NCBI GenBank assembly: GCA_038496445.1
Contig: JALMLS010000585.1
Coordinates: forward strand, 394,224 to 458,223
DNA: 64,000 bases
Direction: 5' to 3'
Source of the DNA: Trichosphaerium sp. ATCC 40318
Taxonomy: Eukaryota; Protista; Tubulinea
Position 1 is the stretch's first letter. The number at the start of each line of letters is the position of its first letter. Below, piece by piece: positions 61,600 to 64,000 of this stretch. Made by a program: the position numbers and the translations under genes. The notes under the pieces were generated by a model. It did not search any database, was not told the origin of the DNA, and saw only the letters and a list, made by a program, of their open reading frames with translations.

Positions 61600-62860
61600 C
61601 GTTTGTTATTCTATTTTAGTCGTGACCTTCGTAAACTTTTACAGCCAATAGAGCGATTTCCAACTCCGCTATTGTCTATTTGTATGTCAGACGTTCCCAT
61701 GAGTCTTGTGGGACATCCTGACAAGCTCATGCCACTTGACTTTTTTATTACAGCCACTCCGATTTGTAGCACGCACATGACTGTCTGTTCTTAAGCACAC
61801 GGAAAGTACTCCATAAGCATGTGCTAGTGGTATAGAGCTTGCAAAGTAGCACAAGCTCTCGTCTATCGTGGAGGACTTGACAATAGTAAATTCCATTTCT
61901 TGAGGCACGTCCATGTTTAAGGGTTAATAACAAAGGGAGCAGTTCTCAAACTTATTGTAGAGTACGCAAATAATTCTGTGGTCTTTCGTGATTCCTTTGT
62001 GTTTATTAACATCCAGGAGTAGAGGTTACAACTTTGGTTTCTGCTTTGTATTGTGCTCTTCCAACAAAGTAATACCTTGTTGAAATTTACTTTTCTTAGC
62101 CCACTCAAGGGCGTCGTCATTCAGATCTATAATTACATCACCCCAGACTTCTACATAGCATTTTCTTTTCGCACAACAATTAACTCCTGATTCCTACAGT
62201 ACCCTGTTAGACAATAGGTCGTCTACAAAGAACATAGAAAAACCAAGTTAAAATCACGTGCAAGTAGAAAGCGTATAAGTTCTATATTTTTTTCTTTTAT
62301 TGCTTCATGTATCAGAGGTGATACTTCAATTTCTTCTGCTTCTTGTGTGGAATAGTATCTTGAATGACTTTCTTCTTTTATTATTGTCTTCTTCCAGTTT
62401 ATCTAACAGAACAGTGTGAGTACGTTCTACAACAAGCATCGCCTATACAGCCACAAGAAAACTACAGCAGTGCTTTAATAATTGCATACACATAGCTGAA
62501 GTATTGTGCTAGCAACGGTGTGAAAAATATTAGTAAGAAAATATGAAGAACAAAGCCTAAACTTTGACAGTCATTGTCGTTTCTCTAGCTGGTTTTTATG
62601 GCTCTTTAGTTTCATTATGTAGTACGTACAATAGAGGTACCATATTGATTACATAGAAAGCGTAATCTGTCAACGTTGGAGTTCTTTACATGAACAAATA
62701 CAAACGGCTCAATAGTCTTTGTTTTTCTCACATTATGAGTGTTTTCTATTTTTGGCACGCTTAGATTCGACTCAAATATGACTATATTCCAATACACACT
62801 AACACAGCTAGCTGCTTGTATTGTTTTATTGTCCATTCCATGGAATATAATCACTAAAAT
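61600..62860 (-). pseudogene. Decayed F-box-containing gene
   Basis: F-box-like LVIIFHGMDNKTIQAASCVSVYWNIV at ~62860-62780, then fragmented ORFs with stops. Confidence 0.4.
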
Positions 62861-63059
62861 CTAAAATAACTGTTAAAGACGAAAAGAGGTTATAATACTG
62901 TATATTGCCTCAGGAAGCTTTAACGGATTTAATGTTGTCATCAAAAGGTATGCTTGCTGTATACGTTGAATAATATGAGCACATTTAAGTCTATTAGACT
63001 ATTTCCAGTTATCTGTAAACCGTTCAATGAATGTATTCTTAAGACCTTTGAGAAAACGA

Positions 63060-64000
63060 TTTGTTCATTTTGAATTTTGTTATCAGACCACAAAGTGATA
63101 GTCAACAATAGTGCATCAGTAAACAAACTGCTGCATTCGAATACCGTCAATGTAACAAAAGTTCTCTAGCTAAGCGCAGTATACACATGACAACGACAAA
63201 AACAAGCATAGACGACAGTACTTGAATCGAAAAAAAACTCCACGTGTTTTTTATGATGTTTGGAATAGAAAAGAGATACTTTATTATAGTTGTCTGAGAA
63301 CAAATATCACTGGTCCCTCTTCTGTAACATACATATCGCTTATTTGCATTCATAACGGGAAACCTTAGCAACGCCTTTTGACCACATAGCACCATCATAA
63401 TGGTTACATCTTCCAGCGCTAGGTGTTCTCTGATTGCATCGTCTACCACAATTTCTTTTGTTTTCAATTCGAATGTACTAATCACTATTATAAGTGCAAT
63501 TCATAGCTTGTAAAATTGCTGCCTAGTATACGTACACCATTATAAGAGGTAACTGGGCATGAACCCCATCTATCAGCACAAAAAGTTCCAGCGCCATCGT
63601 CAGTACGTTTGTAGAGTTTTGAGCACCATTTACCAGCACATGATTCTTCCTCTTCGGCATGTCCTGCTACTGGACATACAAACATCAAGACAACAAAAAT
63701 AGTGGTCAGTGATAACATAGTCGTTGGAGAAAAGGTGTTCATTGTGAGTGTAATCTTTATTTTTAGATTAATACCTCGTCAACTTTTTGTTTGTAGTCCA
63801 GATAGTTTGTCCGATGAATACCCGATTTCACTTAATTGCCAATGCTCCTGGCACATGACTACACGGCAAGAAAATGTAGTAAAGTGGGCTATTGCGATTA
63901 ATCCAATGCTTGCGTACTTGAGTACTGCCCGTTGAATCCCAGTGTCACGAAACTACACGATGAACACGAGGAACACCCTATTTTAAAACATCTCCATCAT
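63060..64000 (-). repeat. About 950-bp inverted segmental duplicate of 10950-11900
   Basis: Continuous reverse-complement similarity across promoter, exons, intron and 3' flank, running to the window edge. Confidence 0.9.
63340..63742 (-). CDS. Small secreted cysteine-rich protein, copy B (inverted paralog of 11231-11628)
   Basis: Same signal peptide and EEEES propiece, same intron (GTACGT...ATTAG), exon 2 YIRIENKRNCGRRCNQRTPSAGRCNHYDGAMWSKGVAKVSRYECK*. Confidence 0.75.

Noticed and set aside
1-64000. Alternative genetic code (UGA reassignment), tRNA/rRNA genes, or a prokaryotic/viral insert
   Set aside because: UGA acts as a normal stop in several genes (DGAT1, TIMP-like, F-box/LRR) and only the SECIS-linked UGA is in frame. 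No tRNA or rRNA signatures, operons or viral core genes were seen.

Overview
Compact, AT-rich (about 35% GC by eye), intron-dense eukaryotic nuclear DNA, most consistent with a free-living amoeboid protist. The amoebozoan-like assignment is inferred from gene content. About 25 spliced genes can be reconstructed by eye: PP2C, H2A.X with a histone stem-loop, a sirtuin, MGST3/MAPEG, a PA-domain multi-pass membrane protein, a GH79 heparanase-like enzyme, DGAT1, a TIMP-like protein, GDPH and Reeler surface proteins, MPS1/TTK and a TALE homeobox gene. Intronless F-box/LRR genes and pseudogenes, dispersed local duplications and hAT-like transposon ends lie between them. Four things stand out. (1) A deiodinase-fold selenoprotein that the ORF track misses, with an in-frame UGA at 9421 in GSHT-U-PP and a canonical type-II SECIS in the 3'UTR. 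(2) Two paralogs with an unusual beta-propeller / degenerate RasGAP / peroxiredoxin-like CxxC architecture that share an 80-nt identical tract. (3) About 10-fold enrichment of the palindrome CACGTG, mostly in introns, with several GC-AG introns whose donor is GCACGTG. (4) Other unusual fusions, namely SH3-LRR-RGS-CH and zf-PARP plus a TopA zinc ribbon. Exon boundaries were read by eye and no database searches were run.
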